This document shows positions 21,341-35,519 of a DNA stretch of 64,000 nt, in pieces. Position 1 is the first letter of the stretch. Each line of letters opens with the position of its first letter. The DNA is taken from contig CM120642.1 in the NCBI GenBank assembly GCA_051362555.1, positions 4,464,001 through 4,528,000 of the forward strand. Reading direction: 5' to 3'. The DNA comes from Lingula anatina. Its lineage: Eukaryota; Animalia; Brachiopoda. The notes below the pieces were generated by a model, which saw nothing but the letters and a program-made list of their open reading frames with translations, made no database searches and had not been told where the DNA came from. A program made the position numbers and the translations under genes.

Positions 21341-24300
21341 TATGTCGTCAACATCTGCTGTAAAACGTAGAAATATACAGTTATGTATGACACTCAGAGA
21401 GCAACTTATATATTATCAGGGGCACTATCAAGAACTGAACATTATCATCCTCTTTCAAAATCAAATCATTTTCTTTAGCGCGTAGCGAGCATCGGCAATT
21501 GCTCATGTACGTATTGATCTACAGCCAGCATTATATCAACAAGCCCTTAAACCATGTTTCTTTTTACTCCCCAACAAAAAAGTTCTGGCATCTTGCAGGA
21601 TTCCTACATCGTGTTGCCATGGCAGCACCAGTATAAACAAGGGTAGAATTCGCTCAAACGTCCGTCTCCTGTTTACTAGCTATATCAACTAGGTTATCAA
21701 ACTAGACAGCTATAACAAAAGTCGCCCGCATTCAAAATCAGTGTCATATGACTCTTGATCGATGGGTATTTGTTCATTATCATTCAGTGTATATCTTGAA
21801 GGTTCCTTTCTATACAATACCTTCTGATTTTAACATTCTATAGGCTTTGTTAAAATGAACGATCAAGTTAGACGTACACTTGGGACACAGAGTGGAAGCA
21901 GGTGGCAGTTGCCACGGACACCAGCTAGATGTTTGCAAAGGAGATAGCTGGTTAGGCCTATTGGGGGAGGGAGGGGGGGGTAAGGATAAAACTTCAGTAT
22001 AATGAAACAGAACGCGAGGACCATTTTGTATTTTGATATAATAAATTGTAAGCAGGGGTGAGAAAATTGGAGCTTTGTCTTGTTTCGTACGTTGTACTTT
22101 TTGGGGAGGATTGGGGAAAAGAGGGCGCTGTCTAAGGTAAGGTGGCATGTGGCAACCCCCCACCAACCCCCACCCCCATCCCAGAATCAACCTCATAGAA
22201 AAGGATGCTTTTCTGACTTTCTGAAATGTCAGTATTTTTCAGTGAAACATATAAAAGGGGGGGGGGGGTTCTGTTGAGATATGCACAATATATATAAGTT
22301 CAATGTTTTTTCTTTTAATCTGCACTTGATTTCTTGACACCTTCCCTCAATCGTTTTGTAAAAAATGCGGGTGTGTCCATAATTTACCCTAGATTTAAGT
22401 TCAAATCGATGCCTAAATTATTAAACTTCTCGGTGTGTATTTATAAGTGAAACCAATAATTGTCAAGTCACAAAGAAAAGATCATCCATTATTGCTTAAG
22501 GGTTAATTTGGTAACAATGAATTTGATTCTATGCTTTTAACGGGCACTAGCGTTTTTATCAACTAGGTGCTCATCGGGTGCGCTTTTCAGATATGATACA
22601 GTCATTTTGCATCCAAAAGTCATTACGTTTTGGGCCCCATGTTTTTAGAGTGTGCCCTCTAGCGTGTGTCACAGCACGTTTTGATTTCCATGGGGGTCGA
22701 TTCTCTCCTTTGATTTTGACGTTCATTTTCTTGTAATTGTTTTCAGATATCAATGGTTTAGAAATAGGTTGACGGTGATATCAATACGCTTATTACATCT
22801 TAATCATTATGGAGAGAGAGATCGATACTGATAAAGCGCAAGAAGAGGTCTAATAATCCCACTGTTTACATTACACACTGGGCGTTGATTACTCTACAGC
22901 TAGTTCGATGGAGAGGATTGAACTGATACACGTATACAGCAAGCAAGACAGTATACACACAGCGTTTGAAAATATGAGCAAAATTAATCATCTGATCAAT
23001 ACATAACACAATAAATGGAATCTAAAGTTTCGAAAAAAAAAAAAAGAAATTAAAAAGTTTGTTGCTGGTACTGGTAGGCTGAATGCCGCTATAATTAGTT
23101 GTTACTTGATATTCCTGTCGCACTGAGTTATATATTCCTGTCGTACTGATTCAGACTCTTGGTAACCTACATAACAAGTGAACTTCCCCTTTGACACAAG
23201 CTCGTATCACCATCGCTGCAGGAGAGGTAAACTTTCTGACTTTACCAAGTGTGGCCGAAGTGAGCAAACAGACTCATTCAACAAGAGGTGTAGCTGAGTA
23301 CAATATGCCTTCACGCCTTAATCGGTTCATAATGATATCTGCAACACTAACCAACGAATTGTTTATTAAGGCACAAGGCCCTTTCTTAGCCGTGAATACG
23401 AATCATCTGACCCAACTAAACGATTGACTGAGTTGTTGTCGAAGTGGCTTTCTGCGTCGCTTTCTTAAAGGGGAAATTATTATGAAGGGGTCACGTTGCT
23501 TTGGGTTTTTCATCACTAAAACGTCTAGACTCCCGCTGAAGTAGAATGTTAATTATTTCAATTTCTGTTTCGTGTTGTTGAGTCGTTACATATAAAGAAG
23601 AAGTATGGTGTAATATTTTAAAGATGTAACAATAAAATAACACACCTGCACCTGCCTAAACCTTTCTTAATCTCACAATAAACAACCGTTTAGTGCATGG
23701 TCGGCACGTACCTTAAGGCCTATTTCTAACGTCCCCCATCTCTCTCCGAATCGATCAATCTCCCTTCGATAGGGTTTTTCAAATTATATGATATTAAAAA
23801 GCTCGAGTGAGATCGTAAAAGACTTTTATTTATCGTTTAAATACATAACTTTGCGTCTTTTTTCGGTGTTAGCACTTGATAGGTGTGAGATTTTTTAATA
23901 AAAATCAAAGAAAATAAGGAGGAAGAGGAACAAATGATGAAACTTCTGAATGTAACTTGGTTGCGTTGAAACGTCTCACTTCGCATACTTTGTATGACGA
24001 TTTGTCTGCCACCGCATTTGGGGCCCGGCGCGTCTCCCGATCTCTTAATGAGTGAAAACGTATTTGATTAATTACATATAAGTTCTTGACAGACTGCTTA
24101 AAGGTACGTCTCTATGGAGTACCCTTCCAGTGGTATACGTCGTATCTTACCTATTTTCAGTCTTTCTTGACAGCATAAGATTTGGTATTTCCACCGCGGA
24201 GTATTTTAATCCGTAATGGCAACCTTCACTCCACTTTCCTAATAACCCAGAACTTTGTGTGAACTCAATTCTTCAAAATGGGAGCTATTCACGTACCACG

Positions 24301-27300
24301 CGCCACTGCGCACGTTCGATACAGACCTTACAGCGTCGTTTGTATATATTTCAACAGATTACGCAGCAATGGAAACATTCTCAAACAACAGTGTAACAAT
24401 TAGACTTCCAATCGATAGTTCGACCTCCCAAACGATAACACCATGAGGAAAATAGAAGAATCAGTAATATGCGCTTCTTACCTGGTTTAATGTGCGTAGG
24501 ATTCTGGAAGCACGAGAACCCACGAATGAATTAATTCTTAATATCAGGAAGAGTAATTATTAATCTCTATGACGTCATATAATTTTTTTCATTGTTAAAA
24601 AATCACAGTTCCACGGTAATTCTATGCTGTATTTAAGCTAGATGGATATTACTTTGAGCTGTATGTTATAAATATTAAGAATGAAGCTTTTAACTCATTT
24701 TGGCATCTTTTACTTCACCTGTTTAATTAGCCGGTGACGTTGAACATTTTTCCACTAGTCCTAGCGCGTGTAGCAACGCATGACTGCGCATGCTCTGGTC
24801 TTGCCCTTTTTAAATGTGTTTATTTCAACAGGTGACGGACTTGAAAATAAAAACATTTAAAATAAGTACATTGTATCCATAAAAGATCGGTCAAAACTGA
24901 AAATTAATACGCCTTCGGTCGGTTTAGATAAGCATTTCTATGTTGATATAACTCTTCACGGCATTAACGAGTCTAATTTGTTTAGAAATCTGCTGTTGTG
25001 ATGATGAAAAACGCTCGACTCTCTGTGTTGACTTTAAACGGTCTTATCATTGTGTACACTAAAGTAACGTGGCACAGTTTGGCTTGATGCCACTGAGACA
25101 TTCCTCGCAGATAGATGATATAAAAAATAAAAGATATTTCTGTCCACTTTAATGAAAAAGAAAGAATGAAAGAAAGAAAAAAGAAAAAAAATTGAAAGTA
25201 CGTGCTGCAAGCATTGAAGATATTTAAGTTAAGACTGGGATCAGCTAAAGTGGAGATATTAAATGAAAACATAAAAATCACATTCTGTCGTAATATTATG
25301 ATTTTTTCTGTCTAAGTTGCACTGTTTATAATTCGAGCAATATTGGGTATTAATGACTCTCAAACACATCTCATATCTTGGTTATCAGCAAATCTCTCTC
25401 TCTCTCTCTCTCTCTCTCATAACTATAGGTCGGTATACATGATGCTAACAAAATGCGACTCACCTGTGTCTGGTTGTGGCATGATTAAAGGTAGCAGTCA
25501 CAACTGTCGCATTTTGTATCGGCAATTGTGCATTTTGCCGTTAACACAAATGTGGAAAGAACAGCTTTCTCCTTGTCAGGCCATCATTTCAGTTCACATC
25601 GTTTCTACAAATTTAAGGTCTTGAAAACTATGATAAGTTGTCTAAGGGTGAATTTTATTCGTGAGACACCAACAGAATGCATATACTATTTAAACTGTTT
25701 GGCATATGGAAATTAGTCAATAAAATGTCATTTGTTAATAATGCTTTTTGTGAAAAACAAAGGCAGATTTATAGATCGTCATTTTTTCAACAGTTTTTGG
25801 TTGATTCCAGATTGATAAAATAACTGTGTTTTGAAGTTTCTAAGAAAATTTACTTTTTGCTATACACTCAACGGTTTCACGCTCAATGTATGCTTTAAAT
25901 CGTTGGATTTAAAAGCTAACTCTTCAAGCGTGGTATTTTTTTCCGAATGCCATTTACTGTAACGTCAGGTGCCTATTACATTTATCCAGATGACAGGGTT
26001 CTTTAATAGCTACACAGTTATTTATGGCCAATTCAGAAACAAAAAATAGATTGCAAAAGCCTGTTTAAAAGAGTTTTAGTAGAATTACGTAAAAGTAGAG
26101 TTACGTTCAGTAAATGCCTACGTAAAATGTTAGTATAAGTTATTAATTAGGGTTTTCAGTTATTTCTGGGCACTGATCATTTGATTACAGACATGGCCAA
26201 ATACCCTTGGATGAAGTCTTCCTGTGGTTTAGTCTGGAAAACTGACAGACTAGCATTGGACTATCAGACCTATGTAGATATTGAGGATGGAAAATGTTTA
26301 AAGCAGAAAGTGTAACCTGTCAAGAATGATGGCGAGAATCCAATGCGACTAGAACGTATTAATTCTTGCTTTAATCTAACTGAAAGAGGACACGAGTTTG
26401 TCCTACTCCCACTCTGAAGCAGTACTTGTCTGAACGGCACTTAAGAAAGTTCATTTCTGACCAGTTCCCATCTTTTAATTGGGATGCCGGATATATCTAA
26501 GATCTACCAATCTTGCACACCTTTGTTAATAAACTTTGAGGTCAAGTATGTGGTCATACGGGCGAGACAGGTGAGAGGAACTGACCGGATCTATCAGGAA
26601 CGGAAATTTATGTCTATATCTATAATTGAAGGTTGTTGCTTGGAAATTACAGCGAACTTTTCAAGCTGCGAATATTGTGTTTTATGTGCTATTAAATTGA
26701 AATAAAAGCACAATTATTACAATTATATTTGTCGTTTTTTTAAGCACTGAGATAGAGAAGAGAAAAAAGGTGCGTGAGTTACCCTTTACTTCCCTCCCAC
26801 TATCTTTGCTGCTTGTTTTCTGCATGTTTACTGTTAACGTTTACCATATATTGTTGATATTCCCGAATACGCTACGTTGAAAACGCTTAAAATCTGTTCA
26901 AGTTTATGAATAAGAAGGAAGCGTTCCGTAAATATTAATATTATTCTTGAAATACACATGTACCATTTCCCCCTCAACTTAAATCAAGAAGGGCTTCTAC
27001 CGCAGTGCTGGTGGGCCGATATTCCCACCTTCATAAATTTGATAATTTGACAGGAAGCCTTTTTCATCTTGCTCAGATGAAGATGTGCACATGCTAATCG
27101 TTACGTTAACTTCCATTACTGAAAATTGCGAAAACTGGAATAGTCTGGTCTGTCTAATTCACTCTGCTCAGGGTTTCGGGTTTGTCCCGCCACGGCTGGG
27201 GTCATACCCGCCCCCTATCCCGCGGGCAGAGGAGGGGTGGGGGTGGGGGTTCCTGACTGAACCTGCACACCAAAAGTCTGATGGGTAGTAAATGTATCAC

Positions 27301-29241
27301 ATCATTTCCCTGATGAGGCCGTCTGTCAGTAGACAAAATGTTGACTGGTAAATTCCACTTAATTTTTTATAGCTATTAACTTAAAAGACTATTTGATTAT
27401 CTAAAACACGCGGCTAATGAACATGTTCAACAGATTGATCGCAAAACAACAAGATGAGCTCATAGAGTGATGATCGGCACTTGTCCTTCTTTAGATAAAT
27501 TAAGCGTTTCAAAATATTTTCAAACCAAATGTTGAGCTCACAAGAGAGGCAAAGCAAGGCAGATGCGGATCAGGATCGCACCAGTCGTGCCCTGATCGAT
27601 AGCAGTGTGAACAGAACTTCCAGAATTTCACAGGTCAGGGCAGTTCATACGGCTCAAGGAACGCATTCTGACACATCCACTTGCAAGGTAATGCAAGCCA
27701 GACACGGCATTCTTGTTTACATGAGGTTTGTGTTTTACCTGCCCTCAATTGAGTTTCATCGAGTGAAATGACATACTTTTCAAACAGAATTTGCAGTTAG
27801 AAGAGAACGGGTGTGCGTCTCGCAGTTTTCACCACCACCTGGCGTAAACGAGGAGCATTTGGAAGTGTGTGAAAGAACGGACTTGTAAACAGTACGATTT
27901 CCTGGTAAGTTTATTTGAAAGTGTATATGTGAAAAGATGTCTATTACAATGTACCTAACATAAAATGCGATGGGGGAATACATGCGTTTTATTATTTTTT
28001 TCACATATGAAAATAATACCTCGCAATGGTTATTTGAAGTTTTTGTGCGCTTGTAAATCATCGCTCTACAAATTCACAAGTATATATATATAGATAGATA
28101 TAAATGTATACATTTGTCAAGGATTTAGGGTGAAAAAAAGTTTGCCAATGACAGCATGCGCAGAATTGCATAATATGCATCCTTTTGAACTTAAAAAATG
28201 CTACTAAGAATAGATTGCGTACAAACTTTCAGGACATATTTGATCAAAACATCGTTTTTAGGATTTTTAAATCGTGAGGATTAACATCGTTTCCATGTCG
28301 TTTCCATGGGGATTTTGACGGCTATCATATTATAAAATTCTTGCTTGTTACAGAGAACTTCGGAGTGTTTATTTTATTTTATTCTTTACTCCATCCTGTC
28401 AGAACCAAGCGTTCTTTTTCAGCTCATGTTTATAGCAAATAACTTTGACATTGGCATGTGTTACTTAATGTTATCTTAAGCTTGTCTTTATATGTCTTGT
28501 GGCAGGGGGTGAACCGTCCACTTTTATTGATTAACCATCATATCCCACTAAAAACTAGAGTCCGGGCCAATACAAAATGCGATGGGCTGTGCACGAAGGA
28601 AGTTTGTTGTTTATTACCTTCAAGAAAACTCGAATGATTGAAGGATTCAAAGCTAGTTTCAAAGCAGCGTACAGTATGATCTATCTCACGGAGTTCTAAT
28701 TACTTTTGTCCATGCTGCACATCTCAGTTTTGGAGGGCAAAAACGTGCAGGGCGGTTAAAAAAAATTATAGTGTTTTCTTTATTTTAGGAATGCCATTCC
28801 TCATCACTGGGTTAATGCCTCCAAGCATCTGTACAGGCGCCACAGTTAATTCACTTGAAATTCTAGGGAACTTGATTGAAAAAAAAAAACTAGAAATGCC
28901 TCTCGGAGTTCCATTCCTAGGAACTCCTCGTCTGTAAAAAGTATTAAATTGAAAATAGTGCTGATCATTGAATCCTTGACAAGAGCGTTTCCATTAACGT
29001 ATTTCATAATGATCTGCTAATATACAGCAAAATGAACATGCGTGTCTTTAAAAGGAAATATAGGACGCCGAAATGGTATTGGTCCAGAAATACACATCTC
29101 CACTGCTACTCCTCTCTTGAAAGGGGATCTTATTGATAGGGGGTTCCAGGGGGCACCGATTTAAGCACCAAAAAGAAAAAGAAAAAACTCTTTTACACAC
29201 TTAAAGAGCATTTTTTATTTCCATGTGCTAAGCTGATAAAG

Positions 29242-32200
29242 ATGCCGAACACGTGGCTGATGGTAGTATTTGGGGCCACGGGAGCGCAGGGGGGCTCCGT
29301 GGTCAACGCCTTCTTAAAGGACCACGCCTACAAGGTCCGCGCCGTAACCAGGGACGCCTCAAGTGAAAAAGCGGAGGAATTGCGGGCTAAGGGTAAGAGG
29401 ATTAGCTGGTTCAAAAGTCAGTGCACTTTTGTAGCCACATGAAGCTGGTCATCTCTAAGTACCGAAATATGATGGAATATGGTCGAAAAAGCACTCTGTC
29501 ATTGTGAACAATTATATGAATAATGATGATAATGTGTGTATTATTATACTCAGCTTGTGCCTGATTTTTGTTATATACCTAAGTCAAAGATCACACAAAC
29601 AACGAATACATATCCATGCACGTTGAAATATCATTCAATGCTATGCAAAATAAAATCAATCGGAGCCTGACAAAAACTGAAGTTGATATTTGGCTCTCCT
29701 TTCACTTTTTTACGAAAACCTCACAATTTATATGTCTTTTATAGATAAGAACAAGAACATTTCATGTGTTGCTCACCTCCTTGCGATCGTAGATGAATTC
29801 ACTGGACTCGTTCCTCTTTTTAAGGCTGTGAAGTTGTACAGGCAGATCTAGATGATGCTGCCAGCGTTCGCCAGGCGGTAGAGGGCGCTTATGCGTGCTT
29901 CGGTGTTACAAACTTCTGGGTGGACACCAAGGATCCCCCGCGCGAGATCCAACAGGTAAGGTTCCGTCGATGTCTACCCCATCTAAAGTTAATAGTATTT
30001 TATGGTATAGAATGATCATTGTGCGTATTGAATGGAATGGCTGCCTCTCATTGCTTCAAGTACCGTAAAATTCCATCCCGTAATTTTTAATGCAAATTTC
30101 TATTGGGCGGTGACACGTGACGTCATGAGCATTCCTCCACCCGGCTGCCCGGCAAAAAGAGTCCAGGGCCCCGTAAGCGTGTCGATCCCATAATTCGCCC
30201 ATACTCGCCCCATATAATACATTGTTGCCTCTGTGTGATATTGCAATGCTTTCGAGTTATGGGGCCCTGGACTCTTTTTGCCGGGTGTCGAGCCCAGGTG
30301 TCGAAAATCACATGTAAGCCAACTGAAGATGATGGGAAGGAATTACGTCAACATTCCATGACACACCTATTACAACTCATCAATTAAGCACAGCTTGCGC
30401 GAATAATATTTTATGAGTCCAAAATCACAGAAAAGGTTCTTCATGCATGCATATATCCTAACAACATATCTGCTCAAATAAAAATTCCATGACGGCATTT
30501 AAAAGGGTAACATTACCAGCTAAAACACTCGCGCAACACCTTTTAGGTTTTAGTCATCTGACCTGCTTGCGAATCGATTGATAACCTAACATTTTCATTC
30601 ATCAATTCCGCATTTCCCGTAAACATTCAAATTGATTACATCATTTGAGGTATCTCTTTCAGGGTAAGAATCTAGTCGACGCCGTGAAAGACGCTGGCGT
30701 AAAGCACTTTATCTTCAGTGGATTTGAATATATACAGAAGGTTATTGGGATAGAATGCCCACACTTTGACGCCAAAGGACAGGTAAAGTAGCACCAAATC
30801 CACTAGAACGCGTTAAGTCTCACATAAGTATTAATTACCGACACTGACTCCCAGCGTGTGCACCAAACGCCTGTGATCGTCCTTCCAGTAGGCGGAAATG
30901 GGTACTTTTGTATACTTAGTTTTATATTTTGTATTGAGGAGAGTGCACATAATCGTCCAGATTCAGGGAGTCTACCAGAACCCGATTTCGATAAAAATGC
31001 GTTTTATCTACCCTCTACCAGGGCCAGAGGTTCATTTTTCACTAGATATTCACAGCTTTTTCTCTGGCTAATTCATGACACACATCTCTGCTGGGAAAAA
31101 AGTGCACAACACGTTATCTTTGAGGCTGCTGCTACATCTCGATATTTAACCCATTTGTTTCTGAAATGCAAGACGCTTTCTCGAAATTATGTCTTCTTAT
31201 TTTTCTTACATTGGAATAGCACCAGACCTATGTAGGTCGCATTTACTTTTATACATAATAACGATAATGAAACCTGCTGGAACCTTGACACTGATTCATT
31301 GTAATATGCTACCTTATTTGATTTTTAGAAGTTGAGTTATACATACAAAATAATCTCCATTGCATGTACTTGTAATCTGTAACGGGGTTTGACGTTCTCC
31401 CTTTCAGACAAGTAAAATGTCAAAACTTTTTCAAAAAAACATGCGTAGACATGGTGTATATATCTCAGACACACACACACATGAATAAATACGTTACTCA
31501 GCTACACCTGTACCCTGTGTTGTCTAGTTTGCCAGATTTAGCTCATGTTTGATAGAGTTGGTTTATCAGTGCCATACTCACTAAGTATACTTGTACCAGT
31601 GACAATTGTTTTGGTTAGAGATTTAATGGCCCTAAACATTAAACAACATTTTCGTTGCACCAGAAATTGTAACAGTAGAGGTGAACCCCCGTCTCTCCAC
31701 GCCTCATCCCATCTACAGGCCTGTTAATACAAGCCACGGCATTAAATAAGACATAACCGCAGTACTGATAAGCAAGTTATGGTTGAAAGATCAATTAAAC
31801 TTGGAGTAATAATTCAATTTTAATATGCAATCTGGTACATGTATGGTTTGATTTGATTCAGTTCAGTTGAATTCAATTTATTTTAATTTAACTCAAACTT
31901 ATTTGATATTATTGATATTGTAGATAGAAGAATACATGCAGGAGTCGGGTGTACCCTTTACCGGTATACGAGTGTCTTTCTACTATCAAAACTTCTTGAC
32001 CTATTTTCCGCCCAGGAAGGTAGACGAAGGGAAATATGTACTCGGTAATTATGTATTTTGTGTATATGTTAAGATACCTTTATTTAAGTCGGTTTTGAGT
32101 TATGATATTCTGATGCAGCTTTGATACGTTTTTCGTGGTGAGATAATCTTAGGGCTCATTCCCCATGAAAATATCGTTCTACGGAGATCGATCCAACTCT

Positions 32201-34378
32201 GCGGGGACTCTCGCTGAATGCAATCAGATTAACAGAGAAACTTGCCTCCTACGTCGAAAACAAGAGGATGCGTGTTAATCTGTTAATCTGATTGAATTCA
32301 CTGAGAGTCCCCGTGAAGCTGAATCGATCTACGTAGAACAATAGATTCATGGGGAATGAGCCCTTATTCTTTGCAATACAAACTGCTTTCATACTGTTCA
32401 AGCCTAACACTTGGAATCACCCAAAATTACTTGGACTCCCAGCTTATTTCCTAACTCAAGCCAATAAACGTCAATAGAAACGCACACATAATATGTAACG
32501 AACTGAAGATGGAGGATTTTAAACACATGGTATTTATCGTCTACATGTTACATGTATCATAAAAACATCTTGCTATGGGGTACCAAAATGTCCTCGTAAA
32601 ATTAATTAATTTAGGAATTATGATTTGAACAGTTTACCATTTCTTTCTGGAGCTGTAGGATTTATTATATCGACGTATCCCATTTGTCAGGGGTTTTGTA
32701 CTACTTTTCTGTTGTGCAATTTGATCTTACTTCAGTCTACATACCTGTCTTATTGCAAACATACTGCGCGTACAGATGTTTTGTTGTGGCTGCGTTCACA
32801 ATCGGACAAACCAGCACCCCTGTAGTCAACCAACGCAACCAGACGCGTACAGAATTGAGGATTGCCCCCTTCCCCCCTCAACGCAGCCAAAGATCACACT
32901 TCCTATGTGAAATTTACGTCACAAAGTATTTTGGTGACGTCATATCTTGTCTGGTTAAGGTTTGCCCAGCTGTGACCACGGTATTGGGTAGTTGACTCTT
33001 GCCTTCAGAGTAATGTTCAAGTCAAATCGATATCTCCATGAGGAGATCCACGAAAGAAGTAGCTAAATTTGGTCGTGCAATCAAACTGCACTCCGCATGA
33101 TATGACATATATCCTAAATGATTTATTTCTTCGCCATATGCAATTACACAGCTGAAATCTTGTATACTCTCAGGCACATACCCTCCACAGAGCTCACGGG
33201 GAGCACTTTTTTCATATGATATTCAGATAATTGTCTAGCTGTTTATTATTGTTCTGCGATGATTTTTATTTTATCCTATTATTATTGTTACGTGTTTTTG
33301 CACAACTTCGTCATTTTATTCTAGTAAATCATTTTTTATCCTTTTATTAATTTGGATTTATGTTCATTTTTTTTCTTAACCATTTATTCTTCTTAAGTAT
33401 TTTTCTTGAGAGGTTTATTACTCGGGTGTATTAGGCCTTTCGAGGCATTTTAAAAACAGATTAAAACTCAAGCGGGGAAGAATCTAGTCTCAATTAAAAT
33501 GCTTTGCTTAGGTAGCTGTCATGTGCACCTAACGTGCTACGTGTTACATGTAAGTTCTGTTTTTCTTCATCACTGTTTTTCCAACTAATATTTTAACAAC
33601 CAAACCTAGGAATCATTCTTGGTTCAGGGGTGTGCGAGAACCCCTCACCCCTTTCCTGGATCGTATATAAACTCTATCCTCATTTTCTCTTCAGAAATCC
33701 CGATGGGTCACTCAATGATGGACGCCATTGACGTAAATGATATAGGCGAGTGTGTCCACTCTATTTTAGAGAAGCCAAAGGAGTATCTCGGCCGTTTCGT
33801 CGGTCTGAGTGGAACGTCCATGACCGTCAGTCACTATGCAGATGTTTTTTCAAAGGTTTTCGCGCCAAATCAAGTCACTGATGCTAAGGTACGGATATCC
33901 ATGCTTTTATCCTCGTTTGTTTGTTTTAATCTTTCCTTGTTCATGGTTAATTCATTCGTGCGTCATTAAATGATTAAAAAAAATGGTGTATACATTTTTT
34001 CATCTGGATTTTTGTTTAATAAGAAATAACTTTGAAGAATCGATGTGGCAGATAGCGATTGATTGCGATGCTGTAATTTTGCTATTCCACTTTATTCCCG
34101 CTTAACAAAATATTGTTCGATTTTTTTATTCTTTTTTGTCAATCATTTACCCACTTCTTCATTCACTTATTTACTTTTCGTACTAGATGACTACCGACGC
34201 TATGATGAAGAAAAGTCGCCGTATAGGAGCAATAGACCTTGCCGTTATGTTCGAGTTTTTTAAGCGGGGTCATCCAGACCGGGATAGCGTTCTGACCAGA
34301 AAACTCAACCCGAAAACATCGTCCTTTGAGGCTTGGTTGAAGGCCAACAAGGAGAAATTTAACGATGTTTTTCGCTGA
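29242..34378 (+). CDS. NMRAL1-like: NmrA-like family paralogue B; exons 29242-29392, 29825-29955, 30663-30782, 31924-32044, 33695-33888, 34187-34378
   Basis: VVFGATGAQGGSV..KVRAVTRD..GAYACFGVTNFW..QGKNLVDA..PHFDAKG..FYYQNF..IPMG..LTRKLNP. All six exons join in frame. Confidence 0.93.
30148..30285. mobile_element. Short inverted-repeat (MITE-like) element in NmrA-B intron 2
   Basis: CCCGGCAAAAAGAGTCCAGGGCCCC (30148-30172) and its perfect reverse complement (30261-30285). Confidence 0.6.
32152..32363. mobile_element. PIF/Harbinger-type MITE
   Basis: Imperfect ~85-bp TIRs GGGCTCATTCCCCATGAA.. and ..TTCATGGGGAATGAGCCC, flanked by TTA on both sides (32149-32151, 32364-32366). Confidence 0.8.
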
Positions 34379-34842
34379 AAGGAGGAAGCGTTGTGTAGCA
34401 CCTCACGATATCATGTTATAAGACGTTTTGAGCAATTGCAGTCATATTTTAAAATTCTAAGACACCTTTTTTTTCATTTTATTAGTCGACAAGACAATGT
34501 CGTCTGACACAGGAGCTTTATCCGCAGTTTTATTTTGAATGTGACGCGAACTCTAATCTAGAAAAAAACAAAAATGTATTCTAAACGCCAAGTGTAAACT
34601 CTGTAGTGTAACTACGGTTCCCAGCGGGGGTTCTAGAGGATAGGTGAGTTGGGGGGGGGGGGGGGGGGGGTAGAAGTTGTAATCATCGGTGATTAAGATA
34701 TACAGGTAGAAAATGCATAATGCAATATGATAAATGTAACCCCTTTTAATGTAATTAAATGTGCATTTAGTGCTCATTAAAATGTATTATTCCTCAACAG
34801 TCATAGTGAATTATACTTGTTTTAATATAGTGAATATAGCCA

Positions 34843-35020
34843 TCATTTGGTATGCAACCCATTACAGCACTTCGCTAAGGAATAGCGTAATAATTGCGAC
34901 ACCCCGACCGAGGAATGCGGTACCTCTCGCTTGGACATCTTTTTGTAATTATAATTGACGGGATATAGAGAGTTGCTTAACACTACGATTTCTGTATCTT
35001 TCATGGCTTTGACAATATCT
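34843..35020 (-). pseudogene. Diverged duplicate of the 3' ~57 codons of the adjacent glycosyltransferase
   Basis: DIVKAMKDTEIVVLSNSLYPVNYNYKKMSKREVPHSSVGVSQLLRYSLAKCCNGLHTK* versus DIVKTMKDTEIVVLSNSIYPVNYKKMSKREILRSSVGVSQLLRYSLAKCWNELHTK* (35520-35690). Confidence 0.85.
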
Positions 35021-35519
35021 GTTAGGGCTCCCCACAGAAAACAATATCCAAAAGGGATACATGTAAGTCTCACATTGTACGGACCGACATTGGCCTGCAC
35101 TTTCTACAAACCTATCTCTTTTGGGTTGTTTTCTGTCGGGGGGCCTTTAAAATGGTGGTATACGAGGCAAAAACTTACACTACAAAAAACTTACATGTCT
35201 GTAGGACGTATCTGTGAAGTAGGTTATTACATTTTCCTGTTAACAGAAAATGCTACTTTATCAAAAAATGGAAACATTTTGGACCACCCTGTAGAATTAA
35301 AAGAAAAATCTTAACATAGACGCACTAGTGTGCTCTTTGGAGCAAATACAGTCTTCAGTGGCGGAAGCAGAGAGTGCTGTTCATGGGTGCATGAGGTAAA
35401 CTTATGGAAATTTGACAACGTTTAAATGTAAATGAACGCACAGTCAATGCTCTGTAAAATCATTATTCTACGAAAGTCATGGGGAAGCATTCCATTTTTG
35501 GATTTAATGATATAGTGCC

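Noticed and set aside
27563-27600. GATC-containing hairpin reminiscent of 7SK RNA
   Set aside because: It is too short, has no other 7SK elements, and more likely belongs to the NmrA-B 5' region.
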